Positions 16,789-26,774 of a stretch of 64,000 bases of DNA are shown here, piece after piece. Every line of letters starts with the position of its first letter. Within the stretch, counting starts at the first letter, position 1. The notes beneath the pieces were generated by a model. It was not told the origin of the DNA. It saw only the letters and a list, made by a program, of their open reading frames with translations, and made no database searches. The stretch is taken from positions 1 to 64,000 of IMG/VR virus record IMGVR_UViG_3300045131_001195; one strand, given 5' to 3'. This DNA is from an uncultured virus (IMG/VR IMGVR_UViG_3300045131_001195) (taxonomy: Duplodnaviria; Heunggongvirae; Uroviricota; Caudoviricetes). The translations under genes were made by a program, and so were the position numbers.

Positions 16789-17113
16789 AATAAAATCTTC
16801 TAACTATTTCTTTTTTATTGTTTATGTCTTTGATATTTCTATCAATTTCATTTATCTCTAAAATGTACTTGTCAATCTTTTCTTCCAGAATTTTTTGATT
16901 ATTCTCAATTCTTTTATTTGATTGATCCAATTCAACAATTTTTTGATTTGTTTTATCGTCTAACTTAACTTTGGGTTCTGTCTTCCTATACATCCAAATA
17001 CCAAAAAATATCAAACCTAATATTAAAATTAATTTCAATACCCCATCCAGAATACTATTGAAATTACCTGTTAATTGGGTGTTTTCTTCCTTATTGCTAA
17101 CATTTTTGACCAT
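16703..17113 (-). CDS. Single-TM coiled-coil protein, putative i-spanin-like
   Basis: One TM segment then coiled coil; near the amidase. Confidence 0.5.
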   Translation of the reverse strand: MVKNVSNKEENTQLTGNFNSILDGVLKLILILGLIFFGIWMYRKTEPKVKLDDKTNQKIVELDQSNKRIENNQKILEEKIDKYILEINEIDRNIKDINNKKEIVRRFYYEKVISIDTFNMVALDSFFTNRYSFYSN

Positions 17114-17667
17114 TTTGATTTAAATTTTTGATAATACTGCTCTAATTTTGTTATGATACTTAAAAAATCCTCATCTATTTTTACAATATCTGCGCTTATA
17201 TAAACACCACCATTCTCACCAATTGTATATAGGAAAGTAATATTATCATCTATCAATTTACCACCCCACTCTACACTATTTTTATACAAATGCAATTCAT
17301 CAAAATCAACCAAATCAGAAACCTCTTCAACAAACTCATCCATTGTTTCTTGGAATGATGATTTGTCATCAGTTGTTATATTATCAACCTCTGCTTTTGA
17401 ATCTCCATGTAAAACAAATATACCCCCAGATATTTTATATTTTTGTTGACGATCTGAACTCTTTTGAGTTTCTTCTTCACCATTATTCATACCCCCCATA
17501 GTTCTATTATCTTGATTCCCATCATCAGAACTCATAGCCACACTACTACGTATTTTATTTGATATACTATCTGCTGTATTAAGTCTTCCGGAATCTGAGA
17601 ATTGCTCAAACAACATTTTAGATTTCTTTAAAAGAGATTTCATCTCATCATAACTATTTTCTACCAT
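17071..17667 (-). CDS. Hypothetical protein (possible virion component)
   Basis: 198-aa acidic ORF. Confidence 0.7.
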   Translation of the reverse strand: MVENSYDEMKSLLKKSKMLFEQFSDSGRLNTADSISNKIRSSVAMSSDDGNQDNRTMGGMNNGEEETQKSSDRQQKYKISGGIFVLHGDSKAEVDNITTDDKSSFQETMDEFVEEVSDLVDFDELHLYKNSVEWGGKLIDDNITFLYTIGENGGVYISADIVKIDEDFLSIITKLEQYYQKFKSKWSKMLAIRKKTPN

Positions 17668-18256
17668 TTTCTAAAATTTTTTCAAAAAGTTTTATATCAA
17701 AAGATGGTGATATATCTGTATAAGTTTTATATATATTACTCCTACTCAATATTCCATTAAATTTTACCCCAATTTCAGTTTTAGTGTTGTGACCTATAAA
17801 TTTTTTATTAATCCCCATTTTATCACAAAGTTCAGAACACAACATAGCCAAACTATTAATTTGAGCATTTGTATAATTATCCCAAAAATCATAATCCCTC
17901 CACTTTTTATAATAGGGTTGACCATTATAAATATCACCAATCCAATTATTATTTAATCCTGTGGTTTGATTTTTTTCCAACCAACCCAAATTCTCAATAG
18001 CAATAACAACTGAATTAAAATTAATTAACTTATCATCAAATAAATTAGAATACCCCCCATCATCCATTAATTTAATAACCTCACCTTTTTTAGATATAAT
18101 ATAATTAGGAATTTTATCATACTCACCATTATGCCTATATTTTAGGGACACCAAGTAGTTCTTGGCATCCCTAAATGTATTAATTAATATTATCTTATTT
18201 TTATTCTTTTGCTTACCTATTGGTTTAAATTCACCATATTTAATTATCTCCAGCAT
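17654..18256 (-). CDS. Amidase_2 (N-acetylmuramoyl-L-alanine amidase)-like protein with degenerate Zn ligands
   Basis: NYIISKKGEVIKL, SVVIAIENLG, YTNAQINSL, GHN, DISPSFD pattern. Confidence 0.65.
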   Translation of the reverse strand: MLEIIKYGEFKPIGKQKNKNKIILINTFRDAKNYLVSLKYRHNGEYDKIPNYIISKKGEVIKLMDDGGYSNLFDDKLINFNSVVIAIENLGWLEKNQTTGLNNNWIGDIYNGQPYYKKWRDYDFWDNYTNAQINSLAMLCSELCDKMGINKKFIGHNTKTEIGVKFNGILSRSNIYKTYTDISPSFDIKLFEKILENGRK

Positions 18257-19073
18257 TTCTTTTTCTATATGTTAATCTACTTATATCTTCAGAATTATTA
18301 TTTAATTCTAATTTCTTCTTTCTACTTGTATCAGGTTTAGGCACTTCTATTTCAGAATCATCACTCAATAATGTATCTTCCAATAAAGTTGGGGTGACCC
18401 CCGGCTTATTGCCTTTCTTTCTTGGTTTGGGTTGTATTGGGTCTGACTTATCCTTTGTTAGATTATCCAGATATACTTCTAGCAAACCTAATTCTTCCTT
18501 GGTTGGGGTATATTTTTCTTCAACCTCTTTTGCCTCTATTTTACCTGCCTCTCTACTTAACGCTTCTAACTCAATATCATTTAATATTGGTGTAGTAGCT
18601 TCATCTTGAAGTTTTTCCTTATCTCTTAACTTAACCAACATATGTAAGAAAGAAAGGGATATAACTGGTAATAGTCCACCAGAGAAAATAGCAAGAAGTC
18701 TTTTATGCCCAACAATATCATTTTCATCAATAATATATTGAAAGAAAACAGTTGACAACTCAACCCAATCTTTAAATTCTTCTGATGACTCATCAATGTA
18801 TTGGTAGGAATAAAATACGTTTCCAACCAATTGAATTAATGTAACTATACCAAAAGGTATATATACAGTCTTTCCCATATGAACAGAGATTGCTGCCAAG
18901 GCTGACAAAGCAGCAATCTCCACACCAACAGATAAATAAATTGCCCAAGTAGAATTATTAGTTAAACCATACCAACTAGTAACGTGTGATATTGAAACAA
19001 CCGCTACAGTTATAATCGGCACTAGAAATGCAAAATATACTATTTTTTCTAAATTCTTACTAACAATATTCAT
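18240..19073 (-). CDS. Multi-TM membrane protein (possible holin-like)
   Basis: Four hydrophobic segments plus charged tail; overlaps the amidase. Confidence 0.55.
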   Translation of the reverse strand: MNIVSKNLEKIVYFAFLVPIITVAVVSISHVTSWYGLTNNSTWAIYLSVGVEIAALSALAAISVHMGKTVYIPFGIVTLIQLVGNVFYSYQYIDESSEEFKDWVELSTVFFQYIIDENDIVGHKRLLAIFSGGLLPVISLSFLHMLVKLRDKEKLQDEATTPILNDIELEALSREAGKIEAKEVEEKYTPTKEELGLLEVYLDNLTKDKSDPIQPKPRKKGNKPGVTPTLLEDTLLSDDSEIEVPKPDTSRKKKLELNNNSEDISRLTYRKRNAGDN

Positions 19074-19358
19074 TTATTTAAGTTTTTCTAATTCTAAATC
19101 TATTTGTGCTTGCCTGTTTACATCAAGTATTTTTCTATCAGTAGATTGAATAAACCTTTTTTCAGTTTCAAGACTCATGATTTTTAATTGTTTATCCAAT
19201 TCCATTTTGGTGTAAGTTGAATCTTTAATTGCTTTAATTTCATCGTTAATTTTACCAATTTCTTTTGTGTCACCACATCCTTTAAACCAGCCAATAACCA
19301 AAAAAATAAATACAATTAATGTAAAATTCTTTGCTAAAAATTTTCTAAAATTTTCCAT
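19074..19358 (-). CDS. Membrane-anchored/lipoprotein-like coiled-coil protein
   Basis: Hydrophobic stretch ending in KGC, then coiled coil. Confidence 0.6.
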   Translation of the reverse strand: MENFRKFLAKNFTLIVFIFLVIGWFKGCGDTKEIGKINDEIKAIKDSTYTKMELDKQLKIMSLETEKRFIQSTDRKILDVNRQAQIDLELEKLK

Positions 19359-19378
19359 GTTGTTGTTTTTTATTATTA

Positions 19379-20176
19379 TTAAATATATTCAAATAACACT
19401 TTTGACTCATTTCTGAGTTTTTTTAGTGCTTTTTCTTTTATTTGGCGAACTCTTTCTTTTGTTAGGTTAAACTCGCCACCAATTTCTTCTAATGTCCTAA
19501 CTGAGCCATTTAATCCAAAGTAATCCTCAATGATAACCTTTTCTCTACAATCGAGCAAGCATAAAATATTCAAAAGTTTTTCCCTTAAAATTTGCTTGGT
19601 GCTAAATACATCCTCTGGGTTGTCAGCATTCTCATTCTTAATCACATTAAGTAATGTATCCCCATCTTCATTTAAAGTTGAATCTAAGTCAATTGTGTGT
19701 GCCAGATTTGTCAATTTACTTGGTGTACTATTATCAAATTCATTTAAGAACTTTTTAATCTTATGATATTCTTGAACAATATTAACAGGCAGTCTTATTG
19801 TTCTAGCATTATCATTTAAGGATTCAATAATAGCTTGCTTAATCCACCACACACCATAAGAAATAAATCTTAAATTCTTGGTCCAATCAAACTTATCAAT
19901 TGCTTTCAATAACCCATAATTACCTTCTGCAATCAAATCAGACAAATCCAACCCCTGGTTTTGATACTGCTTACACACACTAATAACAAACCTTAAATTG
20001 CCTTCAACTAATTCCTTCTTAACTAATGACTTCTGTGCATCAGTTGTGTTGGGATTTAACATAATTTTAGCCAATTCACGCTCTCTTTCAGCGTTCATAA
20101 CTTTGTGTTTTCTAACATCTTTTAAGTAAGATGATATTTCAGACTGGTTAATCATTAGAAACTTTTTTTCTTTCAT
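19379..20176 (-). CDS. rpoD: RpoD/SigA-family sigma factor (no region 1.1)
   Basis: LVEGNLRFVISV, DLIAEGNYGL, RFISYGVWWIKQAI, ARTIRLP, TLEEIG...LTKERVRQIKEKAL. Confidence 0.9.
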   Translation of the reverse strand: MKEKKFLMINQSEISSYLKDVRKHKVMNAERERELAKIMLNPNTTDAQKSLVKKELVEGNLRFVISVCKQYQNQGLDLSDLIAEGNYGLLKAIDKFDWTKNLRFISYGVWWIKQAIIESLNDNARTIRLPVNIVQEYHKIKKFLNEFDNSTPSKLTNLAHTIDLDSTLNEDGDTLLNVIKNENADNPEDVFSTKQILREKLLNILCLLDCREKVIIEDYFGLNGSVRTLEEIGGEFNLTKERVRQIKEKALKKLRNESKVLFEYI

Positions 20177-20179
20177 TTT

Positions 20180-20665
20180 TTAATTTTGTTTAGAGAAATT
20201 CTGTAATAATTCTTTTTCAATTGATGTCAATGAACTAATACCCTTGCTGGAAATCTTTTCAAGGATTAAATCCAAATCTGTTTCTGATTCACCTTCATTA
20301 ATAACTGAGTAGACTTTGGTTAAATTATCACTTTTTAAAATACCAAGGAATGGTTTATTCCCTTTGCTAAATTCATTTGGTGCATCATTTAGTCCCAGAC
20401 TTACAAAGTTTTCCATTGGAAAGAATGCAGCATAATCATTCACTATCTCAACTAATGTATAACCATAACAAGTATCAAATAAAATACTTGATAGTACTGT
20501 GGCTAAATCAACCAAGTCAACATCTGAACCAAAAATCATAATGATAGAATCACCAACCTCTGTCATTAATGGTTCTGTGTCAGATATATTAGAAAACTCA
20601 TCAATAAAAGAATCTAATACAAAATTTTTCTTTGGTTTGTAAATTGTCAAGTTGTAATTCTTCAT
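20180..20665 (-). CDS. Hypothetical protein with C-terminal DUF6576-like helix pair
   Basis: LDLILEKISSKGISSLTSIEKELL; start at ATG 20665, downstream of the promoter. Confidence 0.65.
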   Translation of the reverse strand: MKNYNLTIYKPKKNFVLDSFIDEFSNISDTEPLMTEVGDSIIMIFGSDVDLVDLATVLSSILFDTCYGYTLVEIVNDYAAFFPMENFVSLGLNDAPNEFSKGNKPFLGILKSDNLTKVYSVINEGESETDLDLILEKISSKGISSLTSIEKELLQNFSKQN

Positions 20666-20677
20666 TTTATTTTTTTG

Positions 20678-20707
20678 CAAAGTTAACAATTATTTTTCTA
20701 AATCAAA
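20678..20707 (-). promoter_or_regulatory. Bacteroidota-type promoter
   Basis: TTTG-N18-TAACTTTG. Confidence 0.55.
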
Positions 20708-23019
20708 ACTTTTGAAACATTATTTTTCTTTTCAACAACTATTTTTGATTCCCCCCAGTTGCTGATTAAAGGGTTATGCGAAATTAACAATATTTTTTCA
20801 AAATAACTCTTTAATCGAATAAAAAATTCACCCATCATATCTAAATTTTCATTTGACACCTTACCAAATACTTCATCTGCAACCCAGATATTTGGTTTTG
20901 GTAATGAACAAACTTTGCTTAATACTGCTCTTAATGCCAATGATGCTATTGTTTTCTCATATCCAGATCCTGTTGTCATTAATTTCTCAACACCAGTGTT
21001 ATTATCAATCATAACAAATTCAACCTCATTCTTGTCATTAACTTTGACATCTAATGTGAAATAACAAACATCTAATAATAATCTTTGCAATTCTGAATTA
21101 ATAACTGGCAACATAGTTTTCATTATCATTTTAGAAATTCCATTCTTGCCAAACAAATCCAAATAAATCTTATATTGTTTTTCCTCTTCTTGTTCTTTGT
21201 ATATTTTTTCAATAATTGTTAAATTCTTTTCAGTCTTTTCTTTATAATTTGATATTTTTATCTCAATACCACTAATATCTTTTGTTATTTTATTTTTTTC
21301 AAAAGTTAATTCATCTATCTTACTATTTGCTTTAATTATTAATGTATCTATTTGATTATTCTTTTTAATCTTCTCTTGAACTTCCAAATATCTTTTAATG
21401 GTTCTCTCTAAATTTTCTATTTTGATAACATTTGCCTCCAAAGATAAGTTATGTTTTTTAATTATTAACTTATTTTTTTCATAAGCATCAAAATCTTTTT
21501 TTAATTTATTGAGTTGTTCATGTTTTGCTTCCAATTCAATAACCAAATTTGAAATAACTTCATATTCATTCTTGTGAATATCCAAGGAATCCACTTTTGC
21601 CTTTGTAAATTCTGCATCAATAAGATTTAATCCGCAATGTTCACATTGAATACCATTACCATAAGTTTTAATTAATTTTGTTATTTCATCAATCTTTGCT
21701 TTCAATAATTGTTTATTCAATTTGGTGTCCATAATATTTTCCTTCAAGATATCATGTTCATCTTCATCATAGAAATTTTCTGGCTTATCAGAATTAATTG
21801 CTTTAATCATATCATTTATTCTGAAATTATTTGCATTGATTGTTGCTATTTCAGTTTCCAATGATTGCACATTTACAATTAATAATTCCTTATCAATATC
21901 AGAATACTTTGAAGTATATAATTCATTTTTATACTGATTACCTTTTTCCAGTCTTTCTTCATAATCTTTTAAATCTTTACTTAATTTTTCCAAATTTATT
22001 TCCAACTCCTTAACTTCTTCAACCAAATCCAGATTCTCTGTCTTTAATTTCTCCACATTGTAAACGTTTGAGAACATTCGTTTTGAAAATTCTTGATAAA
22101 CTTCTTTGCCAAAATCCTCCTTTTTCTTTAAATGTTCCAACCCCAAAAATCTCCCCAACAATTGACCCCTGGCTGTGGGTTTTGATTCCAATAAATCTTC
22201 AAGATTGTTCCCAGTTGTTAATATGGTGGCCAAGAAATCATCCATATTGCCAATTGTGTTCTTAATAAATAATTCGGTTTCCCTTCTTTGCTCCCCCTTC
22301 AAATTCTGAATTTCACCATTTTTTAATTTCTTATCAAATGATAATTCACTTTTTACTTTCCATTCTTCTGTCTTATTCTTTTTCCTATCCATTCTTCTGG
22401 ATATCATATATTCCTCACCATCAATAACAATATCCCCAACAACCTGAACTGTATCTTTGTTTGTGAATTTATTAAAAATATCTTCTGCCTTGCTGCTCTT
22501 TGTTGTGGTATTAAAAAATAAAAATAATAATAAGTCAATGGTCAAAGTGGTTTTACCACCTGTGTTCTGGGGGGTTGATTCAACAATGGTTATCCCATTT
22601 AATTTATCAAAATCAAGTTCTTGGTTTTCACCAAAAGATAAGAAATTGCTAAATCTAATTCTCTTAATATACCATTTATTGAATTGTGTTGGCTCTTGAT
22701 TTTCCAGCACCAATTTGTTTTCAACAATATTATTGATTTCCATAATTTTATCATAATAATCCAAATTGCTATTTGTTTCAAGCAAATTCCTAATCAAATT
22801 ATTTTGATAATTAATATCCAAGATATTTGATGATACATCAATTGATTGCAACACCTTATCTTCATATTTTACTTTGGTAATAACATTAACATTTGTTGTC
22901 CCATATTTTCTTGCAAAATATTGCCTAACATCTTTAATCTTATCTTGGGTAATATTCTCTGGATGATCCTCCCAGATAACCCTAATATTGGGGTTAACCC
23001 ATGTTTTGTTTTCTTCCAT
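20698..23019 (-). CDS. sbcC: Rad50/SbcC (T4 gp46-like) recombination ATPase with N-terminal extension
   Basis: IRFSNFLSFG, Walker A NTGGKTT, CEHC hook, SGYEK signature, ADEVFG Walker B, ISH. Confidence 0.9.
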   Translation of the reverse strand: MEENKTWVNPNIRVIWEDHPENITQDKIKDVRQYFARKYGTTNVNVITKVKYEDKVLQSIDVSSNILDINYQNNLIRNLLETNSNLDYYDKIMEINNIVENKLVLENQEPTQFNKWYIKRIRFSNFLSFGENQELDFDKLNGITIVESTPQNTGGKTTLTIDLLLFLFFNTTTKSSKAEDIFNKFTNKDTVQVVGDIVIDGEEYMISRRMDRKKNKTEEWKVKSELSFDKKLKNGEIQNLKGEQRRETELFIKNTIGNMDDFLATILTTGNNLEDLLESKPTARGQLLGRFLGLEHLKKKEDFGKEVYQEFSKRMFSNVYNVEKLKTENLDLVEEVKELEINLEKLSKDLKDYEERLEKGNQYKNELYTSKYSDIDKELLIVNVQSLETEIATINANNFRINDMIKAINSDKPENFYDEDEHDILKENIMDTKLNKQLLKAKIDEITKLIKTYGNGIQCEHCGLNLIDAEFTKAKVDSLDIHKNEYEVISNLVIELEAKHEQLNKLKKDFDAYEKNKLIIKKHNLSLEANVIKIENLERTIKRYLEVQEKIKKNNQIDTLIIKANSKIDELTFEKNKITKDISGIEIKISNYKEKTEKNLTIIEKIYKEQEEEKQYKIYLDLFGKNGISKMIMKTMLPVINSELQRLLLDVCYFTLDVKVNDKNEVEFVMIDNNTGVEKLMTTGSGYEKTIASLALRAVLSKVCSLPKPNIWVADEVFGKVSNENLDMMGEFFIRLKSYFEKILLISHNPLISNWGESKIVVEKKNNVSKVLI

Positions 23020-23020
23020 A

Positions 23021-23359
23021 TTAGTTTGATTTATTTTCATACCATTCAATAATTGAATTTAATGCCCAAACAACTCCTGATGAAAATATCCCATCAAAAA
23101 ACCAAGACATCTCATAACAACTTCCAAGATATTGCATTGTTGGGGAATAAATGAATGCCCCCAAGAAAAATCCACCCCAAGTGCTGAAACACATTGGACA
23201 AGATATAATCCCATAAATAAATCTAAAAATGGGGGATATAATTAAAATATCCCTCTTTCCTGTATTGTTAAAAAAATCTCTTAACCCTGAAAATATTGAT
23301 CCATAAACCATTATGTTCATAAGACCGTAGCTTGTGAAAACCCAAATTAAAATGTCCAT
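23021..23359 (-). CDS. DUF1360-like membrane protein
   Basis: IISCPMCFSTWGG with flanking TM segments. Confidence 0.7.
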   Translation of the reverse strand: MDILIWVFTSYGLMNIMVYGSIFSGLRDFFNNTGKRDILIISPIFRFIYGIISCPMCFSTWGGFFLGAFIYSPTMQYLGSCYEMSWFFDGIFSSGVVWALNSIIEWYENKSN

Positions 23360-23360
23360 A

Positions 23361-23951
23361 TTATCTAATTTTTATGTTTGATGATTTATGATATCTTGCT
23401 GACTGATTTGTCATATCAGAAAATAATCTTCTATAATCTTCTATAATTCTATTCTTATTTATTAATTCTTCAGTCATTGAATTAACTTTCATCTTGAAAT
23501 CACTTAATTCATTTTCACATTCTGTATTCTCCATCTGAACCTCCTTGATAACAAAAACTTCTTGGATAACTGGAACTTCCTTAATTACCTCAATCTCTTT
23601 GATTTCAACCCTAACACCCCCAGTCTGCACTTCCTTAATTATTTCTTTATATATGGGGACTTCTTTTGTTATCTCAACAATCCTATCAACTGGGACTTCA
23701 ACAATCCTATCAACCTCCACAATCTTTTCAACAATTCTATCAACTGTGACTTCAACAATCTTTTCAACCTCTCTGATAATTTCTTTGGGTTGGCTTTCAA
23801 CATTATGACCTAATACCCCATACTTCTCAATATAAAATCCTGACTTCAAACATTGTGATACGAAATCATCAATATCTGGAATATTATTTACCTCACAATA
23901 TCTGATGATATCAATAAAGAAAGCATCATTTGTTATAATCTGTGTTTTCAT
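23361..23951 (-). CDS. Protein with alveolin/articulin-like (E/D)(K/R)IVEVPV repeats
   Basis: EKIVEVTVDRIVEKIVEVDRIVEVPVDRIVE...KEVPVIQEV. Confidence 0.75.
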   Translation of the reverse strand: MKTQIITNDAFFIDIIRYCEVNNIPDIDDFVSQCLKSGFYIEKYGVLGHNVESQPKEIIREVEKIVEVTVDRIVEKIVEVDRIVEVPVDRIVEITKEVPIYKEIIKEVQTGGVRVEIKEIEVIKEVPVIQEVFVIKEVQMENTECENELSDFKMKVNSMTEELINKNRIIEDYRRLFSDMTNQSARYHKSSNIKIR

Positions 23952-23952
23952 A

Positions 23953-24732
23953 TTATTTGTTTGTTAAAATTTCATTATTATTTTTTATATCATCATATGA
24001 AGTTATCTTAAAACTTAAATATGGCTGGGGGTTATCCAAATCAACAAATTCATATTTATCATCATCAATTGTATATATTCCATATCCATGATTTGATATG
24101 GTTTCCCCCATATTATGTTGAATTGTGCTACCAACCATTATTGCTTTTTTACCCCCAGGAATATCAAATATTGCACGTTTGTGAATATCACCACAAAAAA
24201 CAATATCACAACCCTTAAATATATCAGTTTCATAACCATCTTCAATACTAAAACCTAAATCAGTTTTCAATCCATTAACTGGACCATGAAATAAGCCAAT
24301 ATTAAATGATTCGGAACTTGGGATGTCTGGGGGGATATTATGTTGCATTAACGAATATACACACCAGTTAATGTTCTCATCAACATAAACCCCCCGATCT
24401 TTAAGATAACTAATTTTTGGATTTTTTATTGAATCTACAATTGGAGTAATAGCATCTAATCTATCCATATTTGTTTCTAGGAAATCATGATTGCCAATTA
24501 TGATAATGGTCTTACTAATCTTTGCACACTCCTCAAGAACCCAGACAATAAACTCTACAAGTTCAGGAGTCATCTGGTTCTTGCTATGTACCAAATCTCC
24601 TGTAAAAACAATTCTGTCTGGTTTTAGTTCTACCCATTGGCTAAATGCTTCAGATAATATTTCCCTAAACAAATTATGATCCTTATATAACCTAATATGT
24701 AGGTCAGAAAAATGAATGATTTTATTTATCAT
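23953..24732 (-). CDS. sbcD: Mre11/SbcD (T4 gp47-like) nuclease
   Basis: SDLH, TGDLVH, GNHD, FHG, GDIH motifs; near Rad50. Confidence 0.9.
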   Translation of the reverse strand: MINKIIHFSDLHIRLYKDHNLFREILSEAFSQWVELKPDRIVFTGDLVHSKNQMTPELVEFIVWVLEECAKISKTIIIIGNHDFLETNMDRLDAITPIVDSIKNPKISYLKDRGVYVDENINWCVYSLMQHNIPPDIPSSESFNIGLFHGPVNGLKTDLGFSIEDGYETDIFKGCDIVFCGDIHKRAIFDIPGGKKAIMVGSTIQHNMGETISNHGYGIYTIDDDKYEFVDLDNPQPYLSFKITSYDDIKNNNEILTNK

Positions 24733-24788
24733 ATTGTTTTTTTGTAAACATAGATAAATAAAATCATTCTATCAATATATTGCCAATA

Positions 24789-25019
24789 TTATTTTTCCAC
24801 TAATTGGAAACCTTCATTTATAAGTAATTTTTTTACTTTATTTTCAGAAATTGTATTAATTGCAGGTCTTTTTGCTATTTCTCCTGGTTTTGCAAAAATT
24901 ACTTGAATTTTTTTTGTATTTTTTACATAAAAAGTGCTAACTGTACAATATTCACCTATTGCATTTGCAAACAAACCAAATGATTTTGATTTTAAAAGCA
25001 CGCCTAATGTAAAGTCCAT
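24789..25019 (-). CDS. Hypothetical protein
   Basis: Short ORF. Confidence 0.55.
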   Translation of the reverse strand: MDFTLGVLLKSKSFGLFANAIGEYCTVSTFYVKNTKKIQVIFAKPGEIAKRPAINTISENKVKKLLINEGFQLVEK

Positions 25020-25077
25020 ATTATTTTATATTTTAATTTGTTAATGAAATGTATATAATAAATAATAAGGGGTGAAT

Positions 25078-25872
25078 CTACCAAACTTTAATTCTGCTGA
25101 AATAACCAAATAATGGGTCATTATCTGATTTTTTGAATGTTGCAGTAGCAGTAATTTCCTCACCAAGCCCAATAAGGCTACCTACATTACCATAGGCCTT
25201 CCATTTACCTTCAATATTCTCAATCAACAACTTGTATTTAACTGAACCAGTGTAGGAGTCAACAATACCTTTGCAGGAAATAACTCTGAATAAACTTTTA
25301 TACCTTCCCACAACAACCTCATTTGCAACTAATTCCAACTGCCTTCTTCTCTCTGCTAAAACTTTAATAAATTCTATTTGTTTCTCTGAAATCTTGCCTG
25401 AACTGAAGAACTTGCTTGCAATCTCTCTAATTTTAACATCATTAACAGATAATGTTTCCTCCAAACCTTCATTAGATGTTAATATCTTGGCTATTTCAAT
25501 CTGCTTCAACCTTCTCTTGCGTTGAGCCATAGTTTGCTTGGTAATACCTTCAACATCAAAGGTATATTTCATAATGTTGTTGGTACAATCAAACCCAACA
25601 TAAATTAAATCAGAGGTTTCTTGATTCAAGAAGAATGACCCCCTCTTTATGGCATGGTTGCAACAAGAACATTTGTTGCCCTTTGGGTCAAAATTACCCA
25701 TCCAACCTTTTGGGTCATCCACGCCAATCTTATCAAAATCAACCTCAAACTCGGTCTCGGTGTCATACCCATCCTCACCATTTGGTACTGTAAATGAGGT
25801 GTAATAGCCAACATATATAAAGTTTTCTGGCTTAATTCCTTGTCCCACATACTTGAATTGGTTGGTTGTCAT
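25078..25872 (-). CDS. Hypothetical early protein with Zn finger
   Basis: CSCCNHAI...VGFDC; consensus host-type promoter upstream. Confidence 0.75.
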   Translation of the reverse strand: MTTNQFKYVGQGIKPENFIYVGYYTSFTVPNGEDGYDTETEFEVDFDKIGVDDPKGWMGNFDPKGNKCSCCNHAIKRGSFFLNQETSDLIYVGFDCTNNIMKYTFDVEGITKQTMAQRKRRLKQIEIAKILTSNEGLEETLSVNDVKIREIASKFFSSGKISEKQIEFIKVLAERRRQLELVANEVVVGRYKSLFRVISCKGIVDSYTGSVKYKLLIENIEGKWKAYGNVGSLIGLGEEITATATFKKSDNDPLFGYFSRIKVW

Positions 25873-25895
25873 GTTGTTTTGTTTTGATTAGGTTG

Positions 25896-25927
25896 CAAAG
25901 ATAAGAACAATATTCAAACAAACCAAA
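25896..25927 (-). promoter_or_regulatory. Bacteroidota-type sigma70 promoter
   Basis: TTTG-N20-TATCTTTG. Confidence 0.75.
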
Positions 25928-25948
25928 CTTCTGTGAAAATATTTCTAA

Positions 25949-26773
25949 CTATATTTTTAGATTAAAAACAATCTCATTCACCTCTTTTGGAACTTTATAT
26001 TCTGCATAACCCCCCTCTGATTTTAGATGACAAATAACTGAACCATAAAAGTTAATTCCCTCATATTTTGATTGTGAGAGCATTTTAAGTAGCAGCCTAC
26101 CATAGAGTGGTAATTGTATATAATAATGCGCTAGGGCTGTGCTGGAATACTTCTCAAAGGGTTTAAACATATTCTCTGTGAAGGTGGAAACCTGGAAACT
26201 TTTCTCCTTGTTTGTCTTCCAGTCTGTAATAACAATTCCATAATCTGTCTTTTCCTTATTTGGGATTAACCATACCTTATCTGGCTGGCCAACATACCCA
26301 AGGTCGGGATCCCCCAATACCATTTCTGTGTCAATAAGAACAGCACCTCTATCATGCATAAGATTAAGATAAGCAAAACCAGCTGATATCATTCTATCAG
26401 ACATAATCTCTTGTGTTAAATCACACTCAAAAACAGGTTGCCTAATTTTCTTATAATCACCATACATATGAATTAGTCTTTGCTCCAAAAAGAAATGGAC
26501 ACTAGAACCAAGGTTTGCTGCATAGTTTGCACTTTCTGCCCATTCAGTCAAATACTTTTGTGCTTTAACCTCATCCCCCTTTGCTTTTCTGTGAGCAATT
26601 TCTTCTCCTGGAAATTCCTTGTAATATTTTTTAATTATTTTTGATACAGAAGGATAATCACTTTTACCATTCATATGATATATGTGATCCTCCTCAATAA
26701 ATGTCAAATTTAATTCTTCTTGTCTTTTAGCAATAATATCTCTAATATCTTTTGCAACCTCATGTAAATTCAT
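25949..26773 (-). CDS. PD-(D/E)XK exonuclease (Cas4/RecB-like)
   Basis: PSVSKII, GSSVH, GQPD, ITDWKT, QLPLY motifs. Confidence 0.85.
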   Translation of the reverse strand: MNLHEVAKDIRDIIAKRQEELNLTFIEEDHIYHMNGKSDYPSVSKIIKKYYKEFPGEEIAHRKAKGDEVKAQKYLTEWAESANYAANLGSSVHFFLEQRLIHMYGDYKKIRQPVFECDLTQEIMSDRMISAGFAYLNLMHDRGAVLIDTEMVLGDPDLGYVGQPDKVWLIPNKEKTDYGIVITDWKTNKEKSFQVSTFTENMFKPFEKYSSTALAHYYIQLPLYGRLLLKMLSQSKYEGINFYGSVICHLKSEGGYAEYKVPKEVNEIVFNLKI

Positions 26774-26774
26774 T

